Of a stretch of 64,000 nucleotides of DNA, positions 11,359 to 20,419 are shown piece after piece. The stretch covers positions 5,588 to 69,587 of the forward strand of contig JAMCQZ010000008.1 in the NCBI GenBank assembly GCA_023380305.1. The letters are read 5' to 3'. The position numbers were made by a program, and so were the translations under genes. A model generated the notes under the pieces. The model searched no databases and was not told the origin of the DNA. It worked only from the letters and a program-made list of their open reading frames with translations. Position 1 is the first letter of the stretch, and the number at the start of each line of letters is the position of its first letter. Source of the stretch: Patescibacteria group bacterium (GTDB taxonomy: Bacteria; Patescibacteriota; Minisyncoccia; UBA6257; Colwellbacteraceae).

Positions 11359-12310
11359 TTAAGAATGCCACGAAACTTCAAAGACCATGTATCCTTTTTT
11401 GTTCGCTTCGGAAAGAGTGGTGATCCCCCGGCAATAAATCTCCGCGGGCACCCTGGACTCCGGTTCCGGAAGGCCGGATTTCATCGCCTGGATTTCAGGC
11501 GGCACCTTGCCGAAGTCGCAACGGAGGATGTCCATGGCGATTTCGGTATAAAGCGGATTTTTATCTCCACCTGGCAGGTAGCCGAGCGCTTCGAAACGAC
11601 GATAGGCCGGAGCCAGAAAAGCGCGTGATCCGACAACGCCCATCAAATCCTGCGCCCCCTGCAACGTCCGAAACTGCCGATGGTACCCGTTCTGCCGATA
11701 GGGCGCCAACCGCATATCGATATGCTGTCCGAGGCCGGTGTAATAGTCCCTCAGGGACCTGTTTTCCGACCAGAGCAGGTCGGCGATCAACACCGCGCAC
11801 CCGACCGCGACGCTGAAGCGAATCCCCTTGATCATTTCGTAGTCTTGTTCGAAATAGGTCGTCTTCCGGCCCGATCCGCCAACGCGAGCTTGCGGCATCT
11901 TTTCGACGGTCCAAGTGGTATATTTCCACTTTCCCGTCCGTTCCGACGCCACCTGACCCATGGCGACGAAGATAAGCGGAGCCGCATCCCTATACTGTTC
12001 AAGAGTCATCTGAAAACGTGTCTGCCGGATATTGACGCTCGTCTCTGAGCCGTCCGTGAGGCGTATGTGCTGCAGCTTTCCATACGGCCGGCTTTTGCCG
12101 ATGCCGATTTCGCAGAGCACCGCCTCCTTTAGGTCCGATGTCGGGCCGATGACAACGATCAGTCCCTGTCTCGAAGAAAGCATGTTCACCTCGTGTGTTA
12201 CTGAATAGCCGAACATCTTTTTGCCTTCGATCCATTCGATGATCACCGTCGCCGCTTTGCGCGCCTTGGCCACGTCGGCCGCGGCCATAGCCACGAGATT
12301 ACGAACCATC
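11359..12310 (-). CDS. Hypothetical protein (GC-rich, unknown family)
   Basis: Strong SD GGAGAGGGGGTGAAAAG before ATG at 12310 (MVRNLVAMAAAD...). Noticeably higher GC than neighbours. No recognisable motif. Confidence 0.5.
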
Positions 12311-12404
12311 TTTTCACCCCCTCTCCGATTGTTAAAACACCTGGTTGACAGGTCATTTATAAGGCTTCGGGGCCACGGAGTCAAACCTCTCTGCCGGGCC
12401 GGAT

Positions 12405-12626
12405 CTAATTCTTTATTTCAATGATTTTGTTTTTCGACCGTAGGCCCCTGATAATTTTTAGCCCGCTCGTCGGAACCCCGAAATACCGGCCGACGATCTC
12501 CAAGGCTTCGTTATTCGCTTTGCCGGCTTCGGCTTTGGCCCTGGTCTTCACAATAAAGGCTTCGTCAGACTTCCGTTCGATGCCCGCCTTAGAAGAAGCT
12601 GGACGGACTTTGATCTTAACCAACAT
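12405..12626 (-). CDS. DUF167 (YggU-like) protein
   Basis: MLVKIKVRPASSKAGIE...AGKANNEALEIVGRYFGVPTSGLKIIRG matches the YggU/UPF0235 pattern. Start placed at the internal Met. Confidence 0.6.
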   Translation of the reverse strand: MLVKIKVRPASSKAGIERKSDEAFIVKTRAKAEAGKANNEALEIVGRYFGVPTSGLKIIRGLRSKNKIIEIKN

Positions 12627-12652
12627 TTGTATCAATTGTAGTCCATTTCGCC

Positions 12653-12690
12653 AATAAAAAATCAAGGGCTATCAAGCCCTTGATTTTAAA
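12653..12690. terminator. Perfect 11-bp hairpin with flanking A/T runs (bidirectional terminator)
   Basis: aaaaatcaagggct-atca-agcccttgattttaaa. Confidence 0.5.
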
Positions 12691-12707
12691 TGAGTCGTTT
12701 TCGGCGA

Positions 12708-12899
12708 TTATGATTTCTGCATCTTCTCGAAGATCAACCAGACTCCAGACAGCCCGACCAGGATGTAAATCAACTTCTCCACGGCGGCCATCGATCCGAA
12801 AATTGCCATAACCAAGTTCAGCCCGAACAAACCATACAATCCCCAGTTGATAGCGCCTATGATTACGAGAACCCAGGCAATCCAACTTAAAGTTTTCAT
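12708..12899 (-). CDS. DUF378 small membrane protein
   Basis: 63 aa with the GAINWGLYGLFG motif typical of DUF378. Confidence 0.6.
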   Translation of the reverse strand: MKTLSWIAWVLVIIGAINWGLYGLFGLNLVMAIFGSMAAVEKLIYILVGLSGVWLIFEKMQKS

Positions 12900-12957
12900 T
12901 GCATAAAGTTTGTTAAGCGACCTTTATTGATTTAATTATAACATAAACCGGGAATGA

Positions 12958-13494
12958 TTATCCCTTTTTCGTCCCCAGGGCGGAGGCAAACCAGGAAAGC
13001 TCCTCAAAAAACTCCTTAAGCCAATCCCTGTATCTTTGGTCGATTATTTTTCCTTCGGCGTCGAACAATTTTTCCACGTTTCCGAAATACATCGCGCTTT
13101 TTATCGGTATCATGTTCAACTCAATAAGCGCGATTCGTAGCATCTCGGCCATAACGATTCCCCCGTCAAATCCCGAAGACACTCCGCAGATACCGACCGG
13201 TTTATGGCGGTATTCTTCATAAAGCTGATCCAAAAGGAGCTTTAATTCTCCTGGATAACCGTGGTTGTATTCCGGCGCTACGATAATGATCCCCTGGCTC
13301 CGCAAAACCAAATCCTGCCAACGCTTATCGATATTTTTATTATCGGTAAATCGCAGATCAAAATCCCTGATATCGATCATCGGAGATTCGAATCCAAACC
13401 GGTTTGCTTCTTCGGTCACGAATCTGGCCGGCCGGTCCGACCGCCTGCCTTCGCGGCCGGTCCCCAAAATTACTGGAATTAATAATTTCCCCAT
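12958..13494 (-). CDS. NAD(P)H-dependent FMN reductase-like flavodoxin-fold protein
   Basis: ILGTGREGRRS...IIIVAPEYNHGYPGELKLLLD matches the NADPH-dependent FMN reductase family. Confidence 0.7.
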   Translation of the reverse strand: MGKLLIPVILGTGREGRRSDRPARFVTEEANRFGFESPMIDIRDFDLRFTDNKNIDKRWQDLVLRSQGIIIVAPEYNHGYPGELKLLLDQLYEEYRHKPVGICGVSSGFDGGIVMAEMLRIALIELNMIPIKSAMYFGNVEKLFDAEGKIIDQRYRDWLKEFFEELSWFASALGTKKG

Positions 13495-13549
13495 CTAATA
13501 AAAACCCTCGAAAAATATTTTGTTTTTTGACGATCGGGACAGTCGCTGC

Positions 13550-13933
13550 CTATTCGACGACGATCTTGCCGGTCATCGACGGATGAATGGCGCAATGGTA
13601 GGAAAATTCGCCGGACGAATCGAAGACAACCTCAAACGTTCCTCCTTGAGGCAACGAATCGCTCTTAAACGCGCCTGCGTCGTCGACAATCACATGGGCC
13701 GTGGCGTCGTTATTGATCCACCGGACCGCCGATCCCCTGACAATCGAAAGCTCTCGCGGTTGAAAGGAAAAACCCCCTATAACCACCTTGGTAACCGTGA
13801 TAGGCGAAGGTTTCGGCCCGGGTTCAACGGAAACTTTTTTAGAAGAAACTTTTCTCTTTAAAAAAGCGGAGTAAACGTAATAAATTCCCGAAGCCACGGC
13901 CGCCACAATGATGATCCAGATGATGATGCTCAT
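13550..13933 (-). CDS. Membrane-anchored cupredoxin (plastocyanin/azurin-like blue copper protein)
   Basis: N-terminal TM helix. C-terminal type-1 copper ligands H...YHCAIHPSMTG (Cys-x2-His-x4-Met). Confidence 0.7.
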   Translation of the reverse strand: MSIIIWIIIVAAVASGIYYVYSAFLKRKVSSKKVSVEPGPKPSPITVTKVVIGGFSFQPRELSIVRGSAVRWINNDATAHVIVDDAGAFKSDSLPQGGTFEVVFDSSGEFSYHCAIHPSMTGKIVVE

Positions 13934-13963
13934 TGATAGCGCTGAACTTAAAACGGGCAGACG

Positions 13964-14224
13964 TCAAAATTGAATCACATACAATCCGTCCTTGATAATT
14001 TCTTTCTTCTGACCGAAATCATCCAAGTCGAATTTCAAAACGTAATCGACTTTTTTGGTGATTTTCCGGCCTGTCGGCTGCTTTTTGACCGGATCCCACT
14101 CCTCAAGCACCAAGGTGTCTCCTTCTTTAATGGAAAAATCGGCTAATCGGAGTTCAAACCTCTTTTTCCCGGACTCGACTAAATTGAAAAAACGCGGCCA
14201 AATTTTCTTTTTAACAACTGCCAT
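13964..14224 (-). CDS. ASCH/DUF3850-like PUA-fold protein
   Basis: 86 aa, KRFELRLADFSIKEGDTLVLEEW pattern of DUF3850. Confidence 0.55.
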   Translation of the reverse strand: MAVVKKKIWPRFFNLVESGKKRFELRLADFSIKEGDTLVLEEWDPVKKQPTGRKITKKVDYVLKFDLDDFGQKKEIIKDGLYVIQF

Positions 14225-14421
14225 TGATTGATTTTTATTGCGACCTTTGACGGCGCGAGCCGAAAATCGATCATAACATCGGGCAGTCGTAAAAATCGCG
14301 GCTCTATAATTTTATTATATCACAACGACAATCCGTTCCCGCGGTAATTCCGGTTCGCCGGAATGGCCGTAAACCGACGCCTGGCGGTAAACAGGCTTTT
14401 CAAGGCTCAACCGCTTAATAG

Positions 14422-14919
14422 TTGCTCTCGGCCGGAAAAACAAACAGCAAACCGGAATTACTTATTTCCCCCTTGAACGACAAACGGATTATAATTTGGT
14501 TAGAACATTGTAAAGGAGGGACGATCGCCAAGGACGACCGAATAGGCAGAATCTACTGGTCGGTGATAGTCAAACGAAGGATCGCCATTAAGGGACACCG
14601 TTGTGAGGACTGCGGCGCGACCAACGTTAAACTAATCGGCCATCACGTCCTACCATTCAGCGCTTTGAAAGATGTCCGAGCGCTTAGGGCCTCACGAGGG
14701 CAAGACGGCATTGATCTCATCGAGTTCTGTCGTTTGAGGTGTCCGACATGCGAAACGCAGGCCCACAAAAATCCCGCCTACGTTTGGGGAAATCCGCCAG
14801 AAGAGCAAGAACGCGTTATCGCCTACCTTGAAGAAAGCGGATACCAAATCAGGCAATGGCGATACAGACGGCAGTTCGACCGGACAGCCCTGGCGCCGGC
14901 GGGGGAAATGATGGAATAG
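14422..14919 (+). CDS. HNH endonuclease family protein
   Basis: HRCEDCGATNVKLIGHHVLPFS (C-x2-C ... HH) plus a second CPTCETQAH pair. Start codon uncertain; the AGGAGGG at 14512 lies in frame. Confidence 0.6.
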   Translation: MLSAGKTNSKPELLISPLNDKRIIIWLEHCKGGTIAKDDRIGRIYWSVIVKRRIAIKGHRCEDCGATNVKLIGHHVLPFSALKDVRALRASRGQDGIDLIEFCRLRCPTCETQAHKNPAYVWGNPPEEQERVIAYLEESGYQIRQWRYRRQFDRTALAPAGEMME

Positions 14920-14924
14920 CGTTT

Positions 14925-14951
14925 AGAGCGGCTCCGGCCGCTCTTTTTTTA
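14925..14951. terminator. Bidirectional rho-independent terminator
   Basis: agagcggc-tccg-gccgctct followed by T7. Sits between convergent HNH and rsmE genes. Confidence 0.65.
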
Positions 14952-14953
14952 TT

Positions 14954-15661
14954 TTAATGCCCGGCGAGATAAACGGAGATAACCGCCGCTGTTTCGGCTC
15001 GCAGCACGAGATTTCCGAGGGACGCAATCTGATAATCGTTCTCCGCAGCCGCGGCAAACTCCCTGTCAGTCCAACCACCCTCGGGTCCGATAAAAACGCC
15101 AACGCGCTTGTCACCATACATCGAAAACCACTGCGGTTTCTCGAATGTCTGTCCTTTGGGATCGAAAAAAATATTCAGCTCGTTATCTCTGGCTTGTTCC
15201 ATGGCTTCGTCGAAACCAATAATTTCAGAAACCTCGGGAAGAAAACCGCGTCCGGATTGCTCGGCCGCCTCTTTGACTATTTTCCGCAGACGGCCGATGT
15301 TCAGGTTGAGCTTGACCGTCCTGTCGGAAATAATCGGGAAAATCGCCCGCGCTCCGACTTCGGTCGCTTTTTCGGCAACCCATTCGAAATTTTCCTTTTT
15401 AAGCAAGGCGCAATAGAGGACGACCTTGACGGCCGGATCGTTCGTGTTCTGTCTTCTCTCTCCGGCCGCGAAAGAAATAAACCGCGGATGAAAGGACTTG
15501 AGCGTTCCCGTAAATTCCGATCCCTCGCCGTCGCCGAAAACGACCTCTTCCCCGGGTTTTAATTTGAGAACGTTTTTGATTTGGTTTACGAGTTCTTCGT
15601 CGCGGAGTTCCAGATAACCGCCCTCCGGCGCGAAATTGCCGATGAATCTGTGTTGTTTCAT
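14954..15661 (-). CDS. rsmE: 16S rRNA (uracil1498-N3)-methyltransferase
   Basis: 235 aa, C-terminal GPEGGWT SPOUT motif, N-terminal PUA-like domain. Confidence 0.85.
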   Translation of the reverse strand: MKQHRFIGNFAPEGGYLELRDEELVNQIKNVLKLKPGEEVVFGDGEGSEFTGTLKSFHPRFISFAAGERRQNTNDPAVKVVLYCALLKKENFEWVAEKATEVGARAIFPIISDRTVKLNLNIGRLRKIVKEAAEQSGRGFLPEVSEIIGFDEAMEQARDNELNIFFDPKGQTFEKPQWFSMYGDKRVGVFIGPEGGWTDREFAAAAENDYQIASLGNLVLRAETAAVISVYLAGH

Positions 15662-15667
15662 TCCAAA

Positions 15668-16420
15668 CTATATTCTGATTGCTTCGACCGCCATGAAAAG
15701 AGGTATTTCTTTTCTCGCCTTGTCTTCGGCTTTTTGCCTCGGCCCTGGTTCGCTTTTTTTATCGGAATTCCATTCTTCGAGGCGCAAAACAGCGAAGCCC
15801 TGCCTGGCGAGCGCTTTAAAATAAACTTGGAGTGGCCGGTGGAACGACCAGGTACGTTCTTCAGGCGCGGAGCCGGGATGCGTTTGAATGGCGGCTCTGG
15901 ATTCCGATATGTAGGCGTCCACGCGACGATATTGGACTTGTTTTTCCGGATCCCAGCCCCAGCTCGAAACCTTGGGGATGCGGAAAGCCGGGTGGTTCAG
16001 CACAAAGTACAGCCGGCCAATCTGGCGCAAAACGCGGCGACATTCCGAGAAAACCGAGCCGATATCCGCCATGTTCTGAAGAGCCAAGATAACAGAAATC
16101 TTATCGATTGATCCGTCCTCCAAAAAATCCAGTTTATCGGCGGCGACCGCGTGATATTCGACTCCTGCGGATTTGCTTTCGGCGATTTTTATAAGTTCCG
16201 GAGATAGGTCAGCTCCGATCACTTTTTTGGCCTTTTTTTTGAATTCTCGGCTGAAAAATCCCTGGCCGCAGGCCAAGTCCAAGACAACGTCGGTTTTTTC
16301 GATTTCCATCATCCTCAAGAGATTGGGCAAGATCAGATCTTTTTGGTAGGTGCCTTCGGACTCCAAAAGTTCGTCGTACCATTTCGCCGCCTTTTCCCAG
16401 GACGTTCCGTTCTTTTCCAT
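15668..16420 (-). CDS. Class I SAM-dependent methyltransferase
   Basis: VLDLACGQGFFS motif I, then acidic motif II region. Confidence 0.75.
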   Translation of the reverse strand: MEKNGTSWEKAAKWYDELLESEGTYQKDLILPNLLRMMEIEKTDVVLDLACGQGFFSREFKKKAKKVIGADLSPELIKIAESKSAGVEYHAVAADKLDFLEDGSIDKISVILALQNMADIGSVFSECRRVLRQIGRLYFVLNHPAFRIPKVSSWGWDPEKQVQYRRVDAYISESRAAIQTHPGSAPEERTWSFHRPLQVYFKALARQGFAVLRLEEWNSDKKSEPGPRQKAEDKARKEIPLFMAVEAIRI

Positions 16421-16426
16421 AGGTGT

Positions 16427-16816
16427 CTAATCTAATCCTAACGCAGCATTGACTTTGGAGACAACGTCGTCCATTGTCCAGTCGGTCTTTAACAAATAAA
16501 AGGAGGGTTCGTCGTGGGTAACTCCATATATCACCTTATCGTCGGCGCTTAGATTGGTGAGAATAACAATCGGTATTTTTTTACCCCACTCGGTCAGCCG
16601 CAGTTTTTTCATCATCGTCATGCCGTCCATTTTGGGCATCAAAAGATCGAGGATGATCAGGTCCGGCTTTCCCTTTTCGGCCGCCGCGAACCCCTCTTCG
16701 CCATCCTTGGCCTCGATGATACTAAATCCAACGCCGGAGAATTTATCCGCCAGCGCCCGTCTCACGGCCGGTTCGTCCTCGACCACAAGAATAATCTTGC
16801 CGCAATGTTGATTCAT
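16427..16816 (-). CDS. Response regulator (receiver domain only)
   Basis: KIILVVEDE...DLIILDLLMPKMDG...ILTN CheY-like receiver. Confidence 0.8.
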   Translation of the reverse strand: MNQHCGKIILVVEDEPAVRRALADKFSGVGFSIIEAKDGEEGFAAAEKGKPDLIILDLLMPKMDGMTMMKKLRLTEWGKKIPIVILTNLSADDKVIYGVTHDEPSFYLLKTDWTMDDVVSKVNAALGLD

Positions 16817-18435
16817 TTGGTTGAAGTTTCTAATTTGCTTTCGGAAGCCGACTTTTGCATGTTCGCCTCCGCTCTTTTGAAAGGAAGAATAACGAAAAAA
16901 GTTGTTCCTTTGTTTTCGGCCGACTCAAACCAGATGCGTCCGCCCAGTTGTTCCACGAGAGATTTAATAAGGTAAAGGCCGAGTCCATTTCCGTCGGGAT
17001 CAACCTCCCGCGCATTATCGGCCCGGAAAAGCTTAGCGAAAATCTTGTCTTGCTGGCCGGAAGGAATGCCTATACCGTTATCGGCCACGGTAATCGACAA
17101 ATTACCGCTTTCCTTTTGGATTGACTCGGTGATACGCCCTCCCTCTTTAGAATATTTGACGGCGTTTGAAAGCAGATTCTGGATAATGATCCTGATGATT
17201 TTGGGATCGGCTTCTATTTTCGGCATGGATCCGTATTTTTTATCCACGACGATATGCCGCTCCCGCATCTGCGGTTCGAGCTCGCCAATAACGCTGTCAC
17301 TGATCGCCGCAACATCGACAGCCTCGGGTTCTATCGGGAAAGTGCCCAGATCGATCTTGGACACGTTTAAAAGAGCGTTGACGAGATCGATCATTCTTTT
17401 GTTCGTCCGATAGATTTCATCAAGATAGGTCTTTTCTTTCAGTGTGATTTTACCGACGTCCCCGCCCAAAAGCATCTCCGAATACCAGTTTATGATCGAG
17501 AGCGGCGTCCGGAGCTGGTGCGAAGCCAAAGACACGAATTCGGTTTTGGCTCGATCGATCTCTTTGGTTTTGGTAATATCGCGTTCGACGCCGACATAGA
17601 ACCTGACATTCCCGGATCCGTCGAGGATCGGAGAAATCCTGAGCTCGGCGGTATAGACAACACCGTCTTTCCGGCGATTTTGCAGTTCCCCAATGAACGG
17701 CATTTTTTTATTTTTGATGGTATCCCACATCTGTTTGTAAAACTCGTCCGGCATCTGTCCGCCCCACAAAGCAGGCGTTTTCCCCTCCATCTCTTCAAAC
17801 GAATAACCCGTCATTGCCTCGGCCGCGTGATTCGCGTAAATAATCTTAGCGTCCGGATCGGTGATCATAATATGGTCCGAGGCGCTATCAACCGCCAAGC
17901 GGAATTTTTGAAGATCGGCCGCAAGATTCTCCGAAATTCTCTTTTCCCGGTCAACATCTTCAAGAACGTTCAGAAGGGCCGTCTGCGTATCTTGAAGAAT
18001 TTTATTCTTTCCTTCGATTTCCGACAGTCTCATATCCAACTCCCTCGTCTGGGCCCTTAATTTTTCCTGAAGCTCGGCGTATGCGACGTTCAACTTCCCC
18101 GCCATAAGGTTAAATGCGTCTATTAAAACGCCGACGTCTCCAGCGGCGCCCTTTTCCAGTTTGATAAAAGGTTTGCCTACGGAGAATCTCTCTGCAGCGT
18201 CAATAAGTAGTCTTATCGGCACAATGATGCGAGCGATAAAAAGATAAGCGACGACAGCCGTGATCGCAAAAGCTAAAATGACTAACGGGAAATAAATTTC
18301 CAGATTCCTGACCGCAAAATAAAACAAGAAGTCAAAAAGCACATTCCCTAAAACGAGGGCGGCCAGGAAACGCGCCGCCAAAGGCAGCTTATAGCCCACC
18401 GTCGGCCGCGATTGCTGGTTATAATTCATGGACAT
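16813..18435 (-). CDS. Sensor histidine kinase (2 TM, PAS, HisKA, HATPase)
   Basis: Two N-terminal TM helices, PAS region, H-box LASHQLRTPLS, and N/G1/G2 boxes (NAVKYS, DNGIGIP, GNGLGL). Confidence 0.85.
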   Translation of the reverse strand: MSMNYNQQSRPTVGYKLPLAARFLAALVLGNVLFDFLFYFAVRNLEIYFPLVILAFAITAVVAYLFIARIIVPIRLLIDAAERFSVGKPFIKLEKGAAGDVGVLIDAFNLMAGKLNVAYAELQEKLRAQTRELDMRLSEIEGKNKILQDTQTALLNVLEDVDREKRISENLAADLQKFRLAVDSASDHIMITDPDAKIIYANHAAEAMTGYSFEEMEGKTPALWGGQMPDEFYKQMWDTIKNKKMPFIGELQNRRKDGVVYTAELRISPILDGSGNVRFYVGVERDITKTKEIDRAKTEFVSLASHQLRTPLSIINWYSEMLLGGDVGKITLKEKTYLDEIYRTNKRMIDLVNALLNVSKIDLGTFPIEPEAVDVAAISDSVIGELEPQMRERHIVVDKKYGSMPKIEADPKIIRIIIQNLLSNAVKYSKEGGRITESIQKESGNLSITVADNGIGIPSGQQDKIFAKLFRADNAREVDPDGNGLGLYLIKSLVEQLGGRIWFESAENKGTTFFVILPFKRAEANMQKSASESKLETSTK

Positions 18436-18438
18436 GCC

Positions 18439-19401
18439 TTACGCTTTCTCGCCGAAAGATTTTTTTAGTTTCTCCATCTCCTGTTTTAACGCGACCATAT
18501 TCATTTCACGGTCAACCATCAGCCTGTTCATTTTTTCGAGCTCTAACAAATGTCTTTTTTCTTCGGCTATTTTTTCTTTTTCTTCGGTGATGTCGTCGAA
18601 AATCGCGTAGACATGACAAGGGGTGTGGTCTACTTTTTTCTGTTCGGAAACGGCATTCGCCCTAATCCAAAAGAGCTCCGGTCTTCCTTTGGTTTTTACC
18701 CCCCTCACGGCCCCGGCCACGTTCTCGCCGGTTCTTAAGGTAATGACTGCCGGATAATCCTCCGGTGGACAATATGATCCGTCTTCATAGACCATCGACC
18801 ATAAAGAGGTCGTCGGTCTCAGGCCTATTACTTCTTTGGCGGAAATACCGAGGATGCGTTCAGCCGCCGGATTAATGGCAACGATTTTCCCAGTATGATC
18901 CATGTAGAATACGCCCGAATTCATGGTGTTTATAAGCAGCTTGTACCTTTCCTTGATGTCGCGAAGGCCCGTCTCGATCGCCCGCTCTCTCGTTACGTCG
19001 CGGCCGATGCTGATAACGCCGAAATTCCCCGATTTATGATCGTGAAAAACCGCGTTGCTCCAATCAACGACTAACCGACGCTTGTTCTTGCCGATGACCG
19101 CATTCTCGTGATGGATAAATATTTTGTTCTGTTTGATGCTTTTTTCGAAAAGAGGCCTAAGCCCGGCCTCGGACGGAGTGAATTCTTCAATCCAATCCCG
19201 ACCGATCAAATCCTTCGGGGCGATGCCCAAAAGCTTCGATAAATAAACGTTGCCGTACAAAACCCTAGCCGTATTGTCCAGGACAAGCACGACCACGTCC
19301 ATAATATCGAAAACCGCGAACCAATGGGCTTTGAGCTGATCGAAACTAATTTCCAGATGCCGGCCGTGATTTGGATGATTCTGATTATTTTGAGGAGTCA
19401 T
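18439..19401 (-). CDS. Stand-alone tandem PAS sensor protein with C-terminal coiled coil
   Basis: Two PAS folds, no output domain. C-terminus ELEKMNRLMVDREMNMVALKQEMEKLKK. Confidence 0.75.
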   Translation of the reverse strand: MTPQNNQNHPNHGRHLEISFDQLKAHWFAVFDIMDVVVLVLDNTARVLYGNVYLSKLLGIAPKDLIGRDWIEEFTPSEAGLRPLFEKSIKQNKIFIHHENAVIGKNKRRLVVDWSNAVFHDHKSGNFGVISIGRDVTRERAIETGLRDIKERYKLLINTMNSGVFYMDHTGKIVAINPAAERILGISAKEVIGLRPTTSLWSMVYEDGSYCPPEDYPAVITLRTGENVAGAVRGVKTKGRPELFWIRANAVSEQKKVDHTPCHVYAIFDDITEEKEKIAEEKRHLLELEKMNRLMVDREMNMVALKQEMEKLKKSFGEKA

Positions 19402-19898
19402 CGCGATAATTTCTTTTTAAGCAAGGCCAGTTCGTGCTTCAACTCCAGCATTTTGTTTTCCCGGTCCACCATCAGCCGGTTTATCCGTTCGAGCTCTTGT
19501 GTACGTGCGACAACGGCTTTTTCCGTTACTCGCTCGCGAGTAACGTCTCTTACCGTTCCCACCACGAATATCATCCCGTTTTTATCGATGTAACGGGCCT
19601 TTCTGGTTAGAATGATGTGCGTTTTTTTACTCTTGTCGGTGTAAGTTTCTTCGTTGGTATTCACCTGCCCGGTTTTTAAGACTTCACTGTCATTTTCCCA
19701 AAATACCGCCACTTCTCGTTCCAAATACAAATCTCGGTCGGTTTTGCCGATGATTTCGTCGACCGGATAACCGAAAAAATCCGCGTAAGCCCTATTCACG
19801 AAAACAAACGCATGGTTTTTATCCTTAACAAATACCGGATCGGGTATGACGTTCAATATCTCCCTCAAAAAACTTGCACCGTTTATCGCCTCGGCCAT
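19398..19898 (-). CDS. Stand-alone PAS sensor protein with C-terminal coiled coil (paralog of previous)
   Basis: Single PAS. C-terminal ELERINRLMVDRENKMLELKHELALLKKK, near-identical to the motif in the neighbour. 4-nt overlap (ATGA) suggests translational coupling. Confidence 0.7.
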   Translation of the reverse strand: MAEAINGASFLREILNVIPDPVFVKDKNHAFVFVNRAYADFFGYPVDEIIGKTDRDLYLEREVAVFWENDSEVLKTGQVNTNEETYTDKSKKTHIILTRKARYIDKNGMIFVVGTVRDVTRERVTEKAVVARTQELERINRLMVDRENKMLELKHELALLKKKLSR

Positions 19899-20012
19899 CG
19901 CCTAAATTTTTTAAAGTTAAATGATGTTATCTTGCCAAACACGTAATCTTCTGATTCTCAACCGCTCCGTGTTCGGCGCGCTGTTGCCCCGTATTTTTAA
20001 GCCGCGACTTTG

Positions 20013-20390
20013 TTAGATCCCCTTCGGATTCAACAAGTCTTCCTTTATTTTGTCCACGACTTCATTAATGGGATGCTGAGTCTTAACGAAATAATCCTTC
20101 GCTCCTAAAGCCAGACCCTCCTTAATGTCTTCATCTCCGCCCAAATTTGAAAGAATGATTACCGGTATATTTTTTAGGCTTTCTTCCTCTTTCAGATCAC
20201 GCAAAACGTCCAATCCGGGCTTTTTCGGCAAAAGCAGATCCAGAAGGATCATGTCCGGAGTGAAAGCCTTGATAAGCGGCAAAGCCGTCTCGCCGTCAAC
20301 GGCGATTTTAACGTCGAATTTCTCTTTTTCCAGTTTTTCTTTCAGGACCTGGGCTAATGCTTCCTCGTCTTCCACAATCGCTATTTTCAT
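20013..20390 (-). CDS. Response regulator (receiver domain only)
   Basis: KIAIVEDE...DMILLDLLLPKKPG...ILSNL, CheY-like. Confidence 0.8.
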   Translation of the reverse strand: MKIAIVEDEEALAQVLKEKLEKEKFDVKIAVDGETALPLIKAFTPDMILLDLLLPKKPGLDVLRDLKEEESLKNIPVIILSNLGGDEDIKEGLALGAKDYFVKTQHPINEVVDKIKEDLLNPKGI

Positions 20391-20419
20391 TGAATAATTG
20401 GCAAGATTTTATGCGACCT

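Noticed and set aside
14225-14421. Possible ncRNA or riboswitch in 197-nt gap upstream of HNH gene
   Set aside because: No recognisable conserved structure by eye. More likely a promoter region.
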